In this document: positions 24,840 through 32,000 of the stretch, one piece after another
How positions within the stretch are numbered: the first letter of the stretch is position 1
Layout: every line of letters starts with the position of its first letter
Origin: Xylanibacter ruminicola 23
Lineage (GTDB): Bacteria; Bacteroidota; Bacteroidia; Bacteroidales; Bacteroidaceae
DNA: 32,000 bases
Reading direction: 5' to 3'
Assembly (NCBI RefSeq): GCF_000025925.1
Contig: NC_014033.1
Coordinates: forward strand, 1,140,001-1,172,000
The notes under the pieces: generated by a model
The model's database searches: none
Told to the model about the DNA's origin: nothing
The model's input: the letters and a program-made list of their open reading frames with translations, nothing else
Translations under genes and position numbers: made by a program

Positions 24840-26084
24840 TCACTCAAAAGCCTTAATGACCTCTTCGTATTTCTTTATCCAGTAGGCCCCTCGTTGTTCC
24901 TGAAGACTCAACAATAACGACTTATTAAACACCTTGCCTTTCGTTTCATCCAAAGGTTTTTCTAAATGGATAAGCCAATATGTATTGTCGCGTGTGGGTT
25001 TATAGTCAGAAGTATGTGATGCCATTTCTGCAACTTGCTCTCGAGTTCTAACCTGCGGTTTCAAACCTGATATACGGCATAGTTGTGCTTTCTTCGAATC
25101 CTTTCCCAGAAACGCCAATACATATTCTGCACCAAGCAACTTTGGCATTGATAACACCTTACTAATGGGCAATATATAGTTTTTTGATTTTTCAAACCAC
25201 TCCCATTGCTCATCAGAACCAATTCGGCCAACAAGCACATGATGAGGTTGTTCTGCTTGGATTGCACCATTGAAGTCAACCAGCACCATTTCTTTATATG
25301 CCTGGCAAATCTCTTTATTTTCTAATTCCTCACGACGTTTAGCAGCAAGTTCAAGAAAAGATTTTTCTATATCAATGCCCAGATACTTTCTACCAAGTAA
25401 CGATGCAGCGACGCCTGTTGTACCACTTCCATTAAATGGATCTAACACCCAGTCACCTTCTTTTGTGGATGCCATAATGATTCGAGCCAATAAACTCAAA
25501 GGCTTCTGTGTAGGATGCTTTCCACACGATTTTTCCCATTTTGATACAGCTGGCATTCGCCACACATCAGTCATCTGTTTGCCGTCGTTCAACTGTCGCA
25601 TCAGTTCATAGTTGTAACGATGCTGTGCCTTTTTCGATTTCTTGGCCCAAATAATGTACTCTGCAGAATGCTTGAATACTCGATGAGAAACGTTATCAGG
25701 TGGATCTGTCTTATTCCACGTCACCACATTAAGAATCTTAAACCCCAGTTCAGATAACTGCTCCGCTACAGAAAAGATGTTATGGTGTGTACCGCTAATC
25801 CAAATGGTACCATTATCCTTCAACTTATCTTTACAGGCTGATAACCATTTGTGATTAAACTCATCGATATATTCTGACGAAGGCGCTTTGTCCCACGCAC
25901 CTTTATCCACGCATACGACCTTACCATTACTTACACTAATACCACCATTACTCAGAAAGTAAGGAGGATCGGCAAATATCATATCAAACTTAAAGTCGAA
26001 CGCATTAAGCACCGACACACAATCACCCTCAACGAGGGTAAAATCTTTATTGGTTGAACGGTAATATGGTATGATTGTAGTCAT
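24840..26084 (-). CDS. beta-class DNA methyltransferase (DPPY, probably N6-adenine) with ~140-aa C-terminal extension of unknown function
   Basis: 414 aa. Motif IV FADPPY (aa ~38) precedes motif I DPFNGSGTT (aa ~215), which is beta-class order. KHPTQKPLSLL is typical of the N4/N6 MTase family. Residues ~270-414 have no motif I recognise. Confidence 0.9.
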   Translation of the reverse strand: MTTIIPYYRSTNKDFTLVEGDCVSVLNAFDFKFDMIFADPPYFLSNGGISVSNGKVVCVDKGAWDKAPSSEYIDEFNHKWLSACKDKLKDNGTIWISGTHHNIFSVAEQLSELGFKILNVVTWNKTDPPDNVSHRVFKHSAEYIIWAKKSKKAQHRYNYELMRQLNDGKQMTDVWRMPAVSKWEKSCGKHPTQKPLSLLARIIMASTKEGDWVLDPFNGSGTTGVAASLLGRKYLGIDIEKSFLELAAKRREELENKEICQAYKEMVLVDFNGAIQAEQPHHVLVGRIGSDEQWEWFEKSKNYILPISKVLSMPKLLGAEYVLAFLGKDSKKAQLCRISGLKPQVRTREQVAEMASHTSDYKPTRDNTYWLIHLEKPLDETKGKVFNKSLLLSLQEQRGAYWIKKYEEVIKAFE

Positions 26085-27502
26085 TATTGTTTTGATATTA
26101 TTTCTGATAGTTTGCTATTAATCTCCTCATCGCTTCGTTTGAATATAGTCGCAAGAACTTCTACAGAACATTGTTTCTCTTCATACAAAGTCTTCAGCAA
26201 TTCCAAATCCTTTTCAGACCATTGGTTATTGTTCTTACCAATTTCCCTATGAGAACCAACTATAAGCTGCATTTCGTCTGTTCCTTCAGAGAAATTACGT
26301 TCTTTCTGCACTCCCATTGGTGATTGTCCAGAACCGCTTCTACGAGTTGTAATATGTGAATCACCTTTGAAACACTTTTCCCAATCACGTTCTGAATTAG
26401 GAAGACCAAATTGAAAATGCAAACCGACATTATCCAAGATTAGGCAAATACTTTTTCCTGCAGTTGGACGCAACCCACGCCCCACCTGTTGTAAATACTT
26501 TACTAGCGATTTTGTAGGGCGAGCTAATTGTATAAACTCAATATCAGGACAATCAAATCCTTCCGAGAAAATATCCACATTAACAATTATATCTATCAAT
26601 CCCTTTTTGAATCGGTCAACATAGAGTTTGCGTTCATCTTTAGGAGTTTTGCTATCTATTCGCACAATATTTATACCTGCTTCACGATATTCCTGGCAGA
26701 TATGGTCACTATGTTTTCTGCTAATAGAATAGATAATACCTTTCTTGCCCTTGGCATATTTAAGATAGCTATCCAATAATTGTGCTCGGATTCGAGTCGT
26801 GTCTATTTTTTTCTCCAGCGCAGAAATTTTATAATCACCTTCTACATCAAATTCAGTGATAGAATTTATCTCCTTTTGGATTTCGCTGTTTATACTAATT
26901 GAGTAATAATCATATGGTGCTAACCATCCCGCATCAATAAAACTTTGTATAGATTGTGAAATGATGATTCTATCAAATACTCTTTCAAAGCCACCATTAT
27001 TCATTCGCCAAGGAGTAGCGGTAACGCCTAATTTCTTGGCATTTGGATACATATCCCAAAGTTTTTTATAAGAATTGGCTACGCAATGATGAGCCTCATC
27101 TACGATAATATAGTTGACATTCAAGTCACCGGCAACATCTAAATTGTTACGATGTGTAATAGTTTGTACTGATGCCACTTGTACAGGGTATCTCAAATCG
27201 CGTTGCTTTCCTCCTGCAATTATGCCATGTGAAACTTTGTATCGTTCCAAATTCTCACTAATTTGATCAATCAGTTCTATGCGATGTGCAATGATCAGAA
27301 TCTTAACATCCTCATCATTTTGTACACCCCAAGTTTTTATATCACTGATGATAGATGAGAACAGACGAGTTTTACCGGTACCAGTTGGCATCTGAAACAT
27401 AACTGCGTCACACTCGTCCCATGCTAAGAAGATAGCCTCCTTTGCTTGTTGCTGATAGGGACGCAGCGAATTATCTATTCTCGAAATATCCTTGTAGTTC
27501 AT
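26084..27502 (-). CDS. SF2 DEAD/DEAH-box helicase (ResIII / COG1061-like) with C-terminal Myb/SANT-like tail
   Basis: 472 aa. It has LRPYQ, MPTGTGKT, VDEAHH, VTATP and QQVGRGLR. The tail is WSEKDLELLKTLYEEKQCSVEVLATIFKRSDEEINSKL. A 1-nt TAATG overlap joins it to the downstream MTase. Confidence 0.9.
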   Translation of the reverse strand: MNYKDISRIDNSLRPYQQQAKEAIFLAWDECDAVMFQMPTGTGKTRLFSSIISDIKTWGVQNDEDVKILIIAHRIELIDQISENLERYKVSHGIIAGGKQRDLRYPVQVASVQTITHRNNLDVAGDLNVNYIIVDEAHHCVANSYKKLWDMYPNAKKLGVTATPWRMNNGGFERVFDRIIISQSIQSFIDAGWLAPYDYYSISINSEIQKEINSITEFDVEGDYKISALEKKIDTTRIRAQLLDSYLKYAKGKKGIIYSISRKHSDHICQEYREAGINIVRIDSKTPKDERKLYVDRFKKGLIDIIVNVDIFSEGFDCPDIEFIQLARPTKSLVKYLQQVGRGLRPTAGKSICLILDNVGLHFQFGLPNSERDWEKCFKGDSHITTRRSGSGQSPMGVQKERNFSEGTDEMQLIVGSHREIGKNNNQWSEKDLELLKTLYEEKQCSVEVLATIFKRSDEEINSKLSEIISKQ

Positions 27503-29796
27503 TCTGCATCAATGAAGTTAGCCAAATGAGTATTGATGAGTTCCAAACGATTCAAATCTGAACGTGTTAATGCAGAAGATTTCTTTCCCTTCGGCTCGCT
27601 AATTAGCGTCATCCAATTAAGTTTGTCTTTCTTGGATTTGAATGCAAGCCCGATGTTAATAGCGAATACTTCTTCGAACTCCTGATAGCTAAAATTTTTA
27701 TCAATCACGTCGCGGTATTCGGATACCTCCAAGTAATCTTTCCAATCATATTCAGACAGGTCGAAATCATCGTTGTCACCATATTCCTTTATTATTCTAC
27801 CTTCAACAGAATTCTTTAGAACAGCCACGTTGTTCAACCATTTAGCACCATACACCATTTCTAACCTAGCAAAGAGAAGCGTTCTAAGCTGTTTTCTTAT
27901 ATCAGCTTTACGATCTGCGCCTTCTTGCTGTAAAGATTGGTCTTGTGTTTCTTTCCATTCTACCAATTCTTCTGGTGCATATTCGGGGAACTTTTTATTG
28001 ATTATATTCTGATAAGAACGAAGCCAAAAAGTATCGGCACCTTGTCCCAACACTCCTTTAATAATACGATTATCTTCATCAGAAAGATTGTTGAGACTAT
28101 TAGCCAAATGTTGAATGTACGGTTCTATTGCTGCGATTCTATCAGGAATAGACGATTGTGGATTTATTGCGTTTATCTTGATAAGATATGTATGCAGAGA
28201 TCCTAATAGTGCAATAAATGCAAAAGTGGCACGGTTAGAGAAAAGGTAGTCTTGTTTCACTTCTTCAGTCATAATAGAGTCAGCTATAGCATAGCCTCCA
28301 TCAATGAACTTTGTGATTCTTGCACGAGAATCCTTCATCGCCTTATCTATATCCGTCTCGTTTGTATTGTAAATGCAGACATCCGTATCACCTGTCCATT
28401 GAGTTGATGTCGCTTTAGGTATTAACCCAGATCGACCTAATGCTGTGTCAAACGGTTTGAATGCCAACAATGAGGAGTCCTCTCCTACTGAAATCTTATT
28501 ATATAGAACATGATTTGAATTGGCAGCCAACGCTTTTATGCAGGATGAACGTAATGCTTTCATTCTAGAGTCCAAACGGGATGATTTCCAATAAAGATCT
28601 TCTTCTAAGTCTAAGCGAAGACTCGGACTTACAGCTTTCTGGTTCTCGTTAATCTCCATAAATATTTTTAACTGTTCTTCCGATTCCATACTTTCAAAAG
28701 CCACCACGGGAATTGTGCTATCCTCTTTATGCAGAGACTGGGCATATCCATATACACGATGCTGACCATCAATGATATAGGCAATACCATAGGCGTTTGG
28801 AATGCGGAGGAATCCAAATTCAGATTGAGAGTCTTTCTGAGCCTTAATGGGGGTAAACTTTACTTTCAAATCCTCCTTTACGGCACTAAAATTGATAATA
28901 ATGGAATTTGGGAAATAACCACCACCATCAATAAACTTAGTAATACCTTTCAGACGTGAAGGTACAAGAAGGCGCTGATAGGTCGGTGCCATCGAATCGT
29001 TAACACGTGTTCTATGTAACACAAATCCTATTTTTAGCAATGTACTGGGTTCTATGGAGAATATATAATAGTTACGTTCTCCCATTTTACCTCTCAATAC
29101 AGGTATCTTTATAACCTCATCGTTGATCAGTTCATCCTTAAACATCAAACCATAGAACTGGTAGATAACAGATTCCTTGTATGACTTGATAAGGTTATTG
29201 ATGTAATTAAAAGAATTATCATTCAGATGGAATATTCCTGCATTAGCCATACGAGCTATATCTTCATCGTTTACGCGATAATTGCGTGATGCGAACAGAA
29301 ATTTTACACGTTTATCTTTTCCATATATTTGTTGCAATGTTTTAGCAACGCCATCCATATACAACTCCATTTTGTTGAGTTCCGTTTTAAAACTATGGCT
29401 TACTGCTGTTTGAGCAGCCTTACATTCTACAACAAATATAGCATCATCTCCTACGGCAACAACATCAAGTTGCAGAGTATCTTCTTTGTTAGCCCCCCAT
29501 TGAACCACGAGTTTTTCGTCACCATTTAAGATGCGGAATCCAAGTTTATAGAACATACACCACACATCATCTTCAAACTGCACACCATGATCCTTTTTGC
29601 GAGTCATCGTTGTTTTGCGGGCAGAAGAACGCACTACAGAATAACCCATCTTCTCGTAGTCTTCAACTTCATTGTGAGGCCTACTGATAGTATCAAACTC
29701 TGTGTTCTTTGCCTTGAATTTAATTTTCAAAGCATCTTCCTCGCACATCATATGCGACTTGATTTTTTCCACTTGTAGTTCTGTCAGATGTTCCAT
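27499..29796 (-). CDS. PD-(D/E)xK nuclease-like domain fused to a DGQHR (DndB-like, ParB/Srx-fold) domain
   Basis: 765 aa. The N-domain has FEDDV..LQLDVVAVGDDAIFVVECK (ECK encoded at 29419-29427). The central domain has YYIFSIEPSTLLKIGFV, FPNSIIIN, IIDGQHR (encoded at 28756-28770) and FMEINENQKAV. A long helical C-terminal region follows. An ATGA overlap joins it to the helicase gene. Confidence 0.85.
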   Translation of the reverse strand: MEHLTELQVEKIKSHMMCEEDALKIKFKAKNTEFDTISRPHNEVEDYEKMGYSVVRSSARKTTMTRKKDHGVQFEDDVWCMFYKLGFRILNGDEKLVVQWGANKEDTLQLDVVAVGDDAIFVVECKAAQTAVSHSFKTELNKMELYMDGVAKTLQQIYGKDKRVKFLFASRNYRVNDEDIARMANAGIFHLNDNSFNYINNLIKSYKESVIYQFYGLMFKDELINDEVIKIPVLRGKMGERNYYIFSIEPSTLLKIGFVLHRTRVNDSMAPTYQRLLVPSRLKGITKFIDGGGYFPNSIIINFSAVKEDLKVKFTPIKAQKDSQSEFGFLRIPNAYGIAYIIDGQHRVYGYAQSLHKEDSTIPVVAFESMESEEQLKIFMEINENQKAVSPSLRLDLEEDLYWKSSRLDSRMKALRSSCIKALAANSNHVLYNKISVGEDSSLLAFKPFDTALGRSGLIPKATSTQWTGDTDVCIYNTNETDIDKAMKDSRARITKFIDGGYAIADSIMTEEVKQDYLFSNRATFAFIALLGSLHTYLIKINAINPQSSIPDRIAAIEPYIQHLANSLNNLSDEDNRIIKGVLGQGADTFWLRSYQNIINKKFPEYAPEELVEWKETQDQSLQQEGADRKADIRKQLRTLLFARLEMVYGAKWLNNVAVLKNSVEGRIIKEYGDNDDFDLSEYDWKDYLEVSEYRDVIDKNFSYQEFEEVFAINIGLAFKSKKDKLNWMTLISEPKGKKSSALTRSDLNRLELINTHLANFIDAE

Positions 29797-29800
29797 ATCA

Positions 29801-30247
29801 TTAATATTTTGTATTCATTTCTTCAATAATCCTCCTACACCATTTCACAATATTATCAGATCTCCTCTCATATACAGTCTCACTATATCCGGGGTAGTAT
29901 TCTTTTGTTAGTTCCAATGCAAATGTCGAATGGTCTTCGTTAGGAAGTACATAGATTCTTGCAAAAATTTGTCCCATCAACTCATCTGATATTATTCTCG
30001 CATATATGCGTTCTGATATCTCTGCGGGATTGTTAGTAAATATATCTACAGCAAGAGTAGTTTTGCTCCAATCGTCATTAATTAGGTCAAGATATTTACA
30101 AGCATTTGTGTAGTAATCAGCTTGACGGAGTGTAAAACCGCAATAATCAGCCAGTTCCTGCTTACTACATCCAGGATGCATATAGATATACATAAAGGTA
30201 TCTACCACCAAATCCAAATTATTTGCTTGAATTAAAACCTTTCCCAT
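29801..30247 (-). CDS. hypothetical 148-aa protein, possibly winged-helix (inference only)
   Basis: The ORF is packed 3 nt after the Dam stop and 4 nt before the DGQHR start. The segment CSKQELADYCGFTLRQADYYTNACKYLDLI looks HTH-like. No catalytic motifs are evident. Confidence 0.7.
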   Translation of the reverse strand: MGKVLIQANNLDLVVDTFMYIYMHPGCSKQELADYCGFTLRQADYYTNACKYLDLINDDWSKTTLAVDIFTNNPAEISERIYARIISDELMGQIFARIYVLPNEDHSTFALELTKEYYPGYSETVYERRSDNIVKWCRRIIEEMNTKY

Positions 30248-30250
30248 AGC

Positions 30251-31177
30251 TTAATACCTTCTGATGACGACTTCGGTTTGCTTCTTTCGTTTTTCAGGAT
30301 CTGCATTGATGAATCTCGTAGCGAGTACCCGATTAAGATTATACCCTTCGTATAGGTTTTCAAAATACGAATCTCCATTATCAGTTTTACTATCAGAATT
30401 ACTTAACATTATCAGGCAATTCCGATTATAAAGCCTATCGCAGAACACTTTCAATTCTTTCTGTTGTCTGTCATCAAACGGCTCGTTCGTATATTCCTTA
30501 AAAGACGATGTTTCGTTCAAAGGACGATAAGGAGGATCGAAATATACAAAGTTTGAATTATTTCTGCTGAGGTTATGACTTACTTGTTTATAATCTCCTG
30601 GCTTGCGAATCACCAAATCAACAGAATTAAGAAGCTGGTGATCGGCCATTATCAGTTCTTCGTTGCAGATGACGGGCTTCCTGTAACGTCCGTATGGAAC
30701 ATTGAATCTCCCTGCCGCGTTTACTCTGTGTAGCCCGTTAAAACATGTATGATTTAAGAATATGAATAACGCAGCCCTTTCGTCAGGATGTATTCCTTCG
30801 CTATTATACTGATCGCGATAGAAATAATACAAATCTCTTCTTTCTAGGAAATCCACTCTAAAGTAGTTATCTTCAATATTCCTCAATCTATCAATAAGTG
30901 TTTGAGGCTCGTTGGTAACCAATTGATAACAACGGATAAGATCTGCATTGATATCATTGATAACGGCCCGCTTGATACACTTATGGCGTTGCAGCATGTG
31001 AAATAGCATTGCGCCACCACCAACGAAGGGTTCTATGTAAGTTACATTTTCAAGATCGTCGAAATCAGTTGGGAGTAGTGCTTCCAACTGCTGAAGGAGA
31101 TTTCCTTTTCCGCCTGCCCATTTTACGAAAGGCTTGGGCGTGATGGCCTTTTTCTTTACTACCGTGTTTTGAGGCAT
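30251..31177 (-). CDS. Dam-family (alpha-class, D12) N6-adenine DNA methyltransferase
   Basis: 308 aa. It has KPFVKWAGGKGNLL, EPFVGGGAM (motif I) and FVYFDPPY (motif IV), in alpha-class order. Confidence 0.9.
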   Translation of the reverse strand: MPQNTVVKKKAITPKPFVKWAGGKGNLLQQLEALLPTDFDDLENVTYIEPFVGGGAMLFHMLQRHKCIKRAVINDINADLIRCYQLVTNEPQTLIDRLRNIEDNYFRVDFLERRDLYYFYRDQYNSEGIHPDERAALFIFLNHTCFNGLHRVNAAGRFNVPYGRYRKPVICNEELIMADHQLLNSVDLVIRKPGDYKQVSHNLSRNNSNFVYFDPPYRPLNETSSFKEYTNEPFDDRQQKELKVFCDRLYNRNCLIMLSNSDSKTDNGDSYFENLYEGYNLNRVLATRFINADPEKRKKQTEVVIRRY

Positions 31178-31556
31178 CGGTCAGTTTATGTTCTGACTGA
31201 TACCCGTTAGTCAGAGGGTTCATAGCTATTCAACGACAATATATACGAAAAAAACGGGGTATCCTCATCTGCCGTTCCCCATTTAGGCCGTCGGAAGCCC
31301 TCTCAAAAGAACAACAGAGTCTGAATACCCACGCTGGCCAATATACAATGCACCCAAAAGTGTGCGTGAGGGTATTAGCTACCCTCGCAGCACACTCCGG
31401 GATGTATATACAACCCGTCAGCATCCATCTCCGCTTTTGTCTTGATTTGAGATTTGAATTTCCGACGTTCAAATGGTCAAAACAAAGCATCAATGACGCT
31501 TAATCCGTAATGTCGTGTCTCAACCCACTATCCCGAAGGCGTGAGTACTGACGTTG
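31178..31556 (-). ncRNA. candidate structured non-coding leader or ncRNA upstream of the Dam-led operon
   Basis: There is no credible ORF, and the 87-aa track ORF is Cys/Trp/Arg-rich. The region is GC-richer than its flanks. A hairpin at 31360-31395 has 6+7 bp and a ttagc loop. A 7-bp hairpin at 31192-31215 sits 15 nt before the ATG. A weak GC stem plus a 7-U run lies at 31248-31280. Confidence 0.3.
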
Positions 31557-31564
31557 CAAAAGTA
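31557..31564 (-). promoter_or_regulatory. -7 promoter box TActTTTG pointing into the leader and Dam operon
   Basis: Plus-strand caaaagta is tacttttg on the minus strand, 380 nt upstream of the Dam ATG. No good -33 TTTG lies at the canonical spacing. Confidence 0.35.
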
Positions 31565-31647
31565 CAAAAAGTTTATGAGATTCCATCCAATTAAACAGAA
31601 AATATGCAATTTAATATGAATTTTGCTTTAAAAAGTGTGTCTATACA

Positions 31648-32000
31648 TTACCAAATACTCCCATCTACCATTTTCAGACCTTCGTACAAGTTCACGACCT
31701 GCTTGTAGTTTAGAAACTTGACTCGATTTTCGATAGGTGAAAACATGGATACGTGCAACTTGTCTTCATATTCTTTCTTACGGCTTGAATCTGCTACAAT
31801 GAAGAAACCGGCATTGAAATCCTGAAGCTCGTAAAACTTGGTTAATGAGTTCTTGATGTCAGTTGTATGTTCAACCTCGTAAAAATCGGATGGCATATTG
31901 CGTTCGTTAAACCAAATAACATCTATCGTACGTGCTCTACGCTTCAAATCATCATAAGTAAAGTCAGGTAGTTCAGTGGTATCCGTTATCTCTCCTAGCC
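31648..32000 (-). CDS. C-terminal part of a PD-(D/E)xK-like nuclease candidate (N-terminus beyond the window edge)
   Basis: The frame stays open upstream of the track start (a TTG at 31945-31947) to nt 32000: ..LGEITDTTELPDFTYDDLKRRARTIDVIWFNE..FYEVEHTTDIKNSL. D..EVEH resembles restriction-endonuclease-fold cores. The family is not identified. Confidence 0.55.
   Translation of the reverse strand, partial: LGEITDTTELPDFTYDDLKRRARTIDVIWFNERNMPSDFYEVEHTTDIKNSLTKFYELQDFNAGFFIVADSSRKKEYEDKLHVSMFSPIENRVKFLNYKQVVNLYEGLKMVDGSIW

Noticed and set aside
31230-31493. 87-aa minus-strand ORF in the spacer upstream of Dam
   Set aside because: The composition is Cys/Trp/Arg-rich, and the ORF is made of the hairpin arms. 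I treated it as non-coding structured RNA or DNA instead.
1-32000. Search for tRNA, rRNA, integrase, transposase, inverted terminal repeats or att sites bounding the accessory region
   Set aside because: I recognised none in any frame or strand, so the island cannot be called a bounded mobile element from this window.

Overview
The window looks like a Bacteroidota chromosome segment, Bacteroidales-like. The taxon call is an inference from TAnnTTTG -7 promoter boxes 19-60 nt upstream of many starts, the lack of Shine-Dalgarno use, lipobox lipoproteins, and a short glycogen-synthase-like gene followed by a lipoprotein. Positions 1-17.05 kb are a GC-richer housekeeping block: cdd 3' end, beta-helix lipoprotein, rubrerythrin, SGNH esterase, hisS, a four-helix-bundle cassette, purA, Fur-like, AlkD-like, M49 peptidase, AraC-like, recQ, short glycogen-synthase-like plus lipoprotein, and a uvrD/pcrA-like helicase. 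A strong bidirectional terminator at 17081-17120 marks the switch to accessory DNA. The first accessory part is a phage/mobile-like module: M15 peptidase, a VirE/DUF3987-like primase candidate, DUF3127-like, Rha/KilAC regulator and a 433-aa orphan. No integrase is visible. The second part is an AT-rich defence island with an Abi_2 gene and a tightly packed five-gene minus-strand operon at 24840-31177. That operon encodes a Dam-like alpha MTase, a small unknown protein, a PD-(D/E)xK nuclease fused to a DGQHR/DndB-like domain, an SF2 helicase, and a beta-class DPPY MTase with an extra C-terminal domain. It is preceded by a ~470-nt non-coding, hairpin-rich leader and by a nuclease-like ORF cut by the window edge. 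The five-gene operon is my top candidate for an undescribed modification-linked defence system, because the partner genes of the named systems that use DGQHR proteins are absent. A second theme is six dispersed heptanucleotide arrays of the form (TTTAATG)n. Two inverted pairs bracket the four-helix-bundle gene and the 5' end of the AlkD-like gene, and one array is read through in frame. No rRNA, tRNA, CRISPR array, integrase or transposase was seen.
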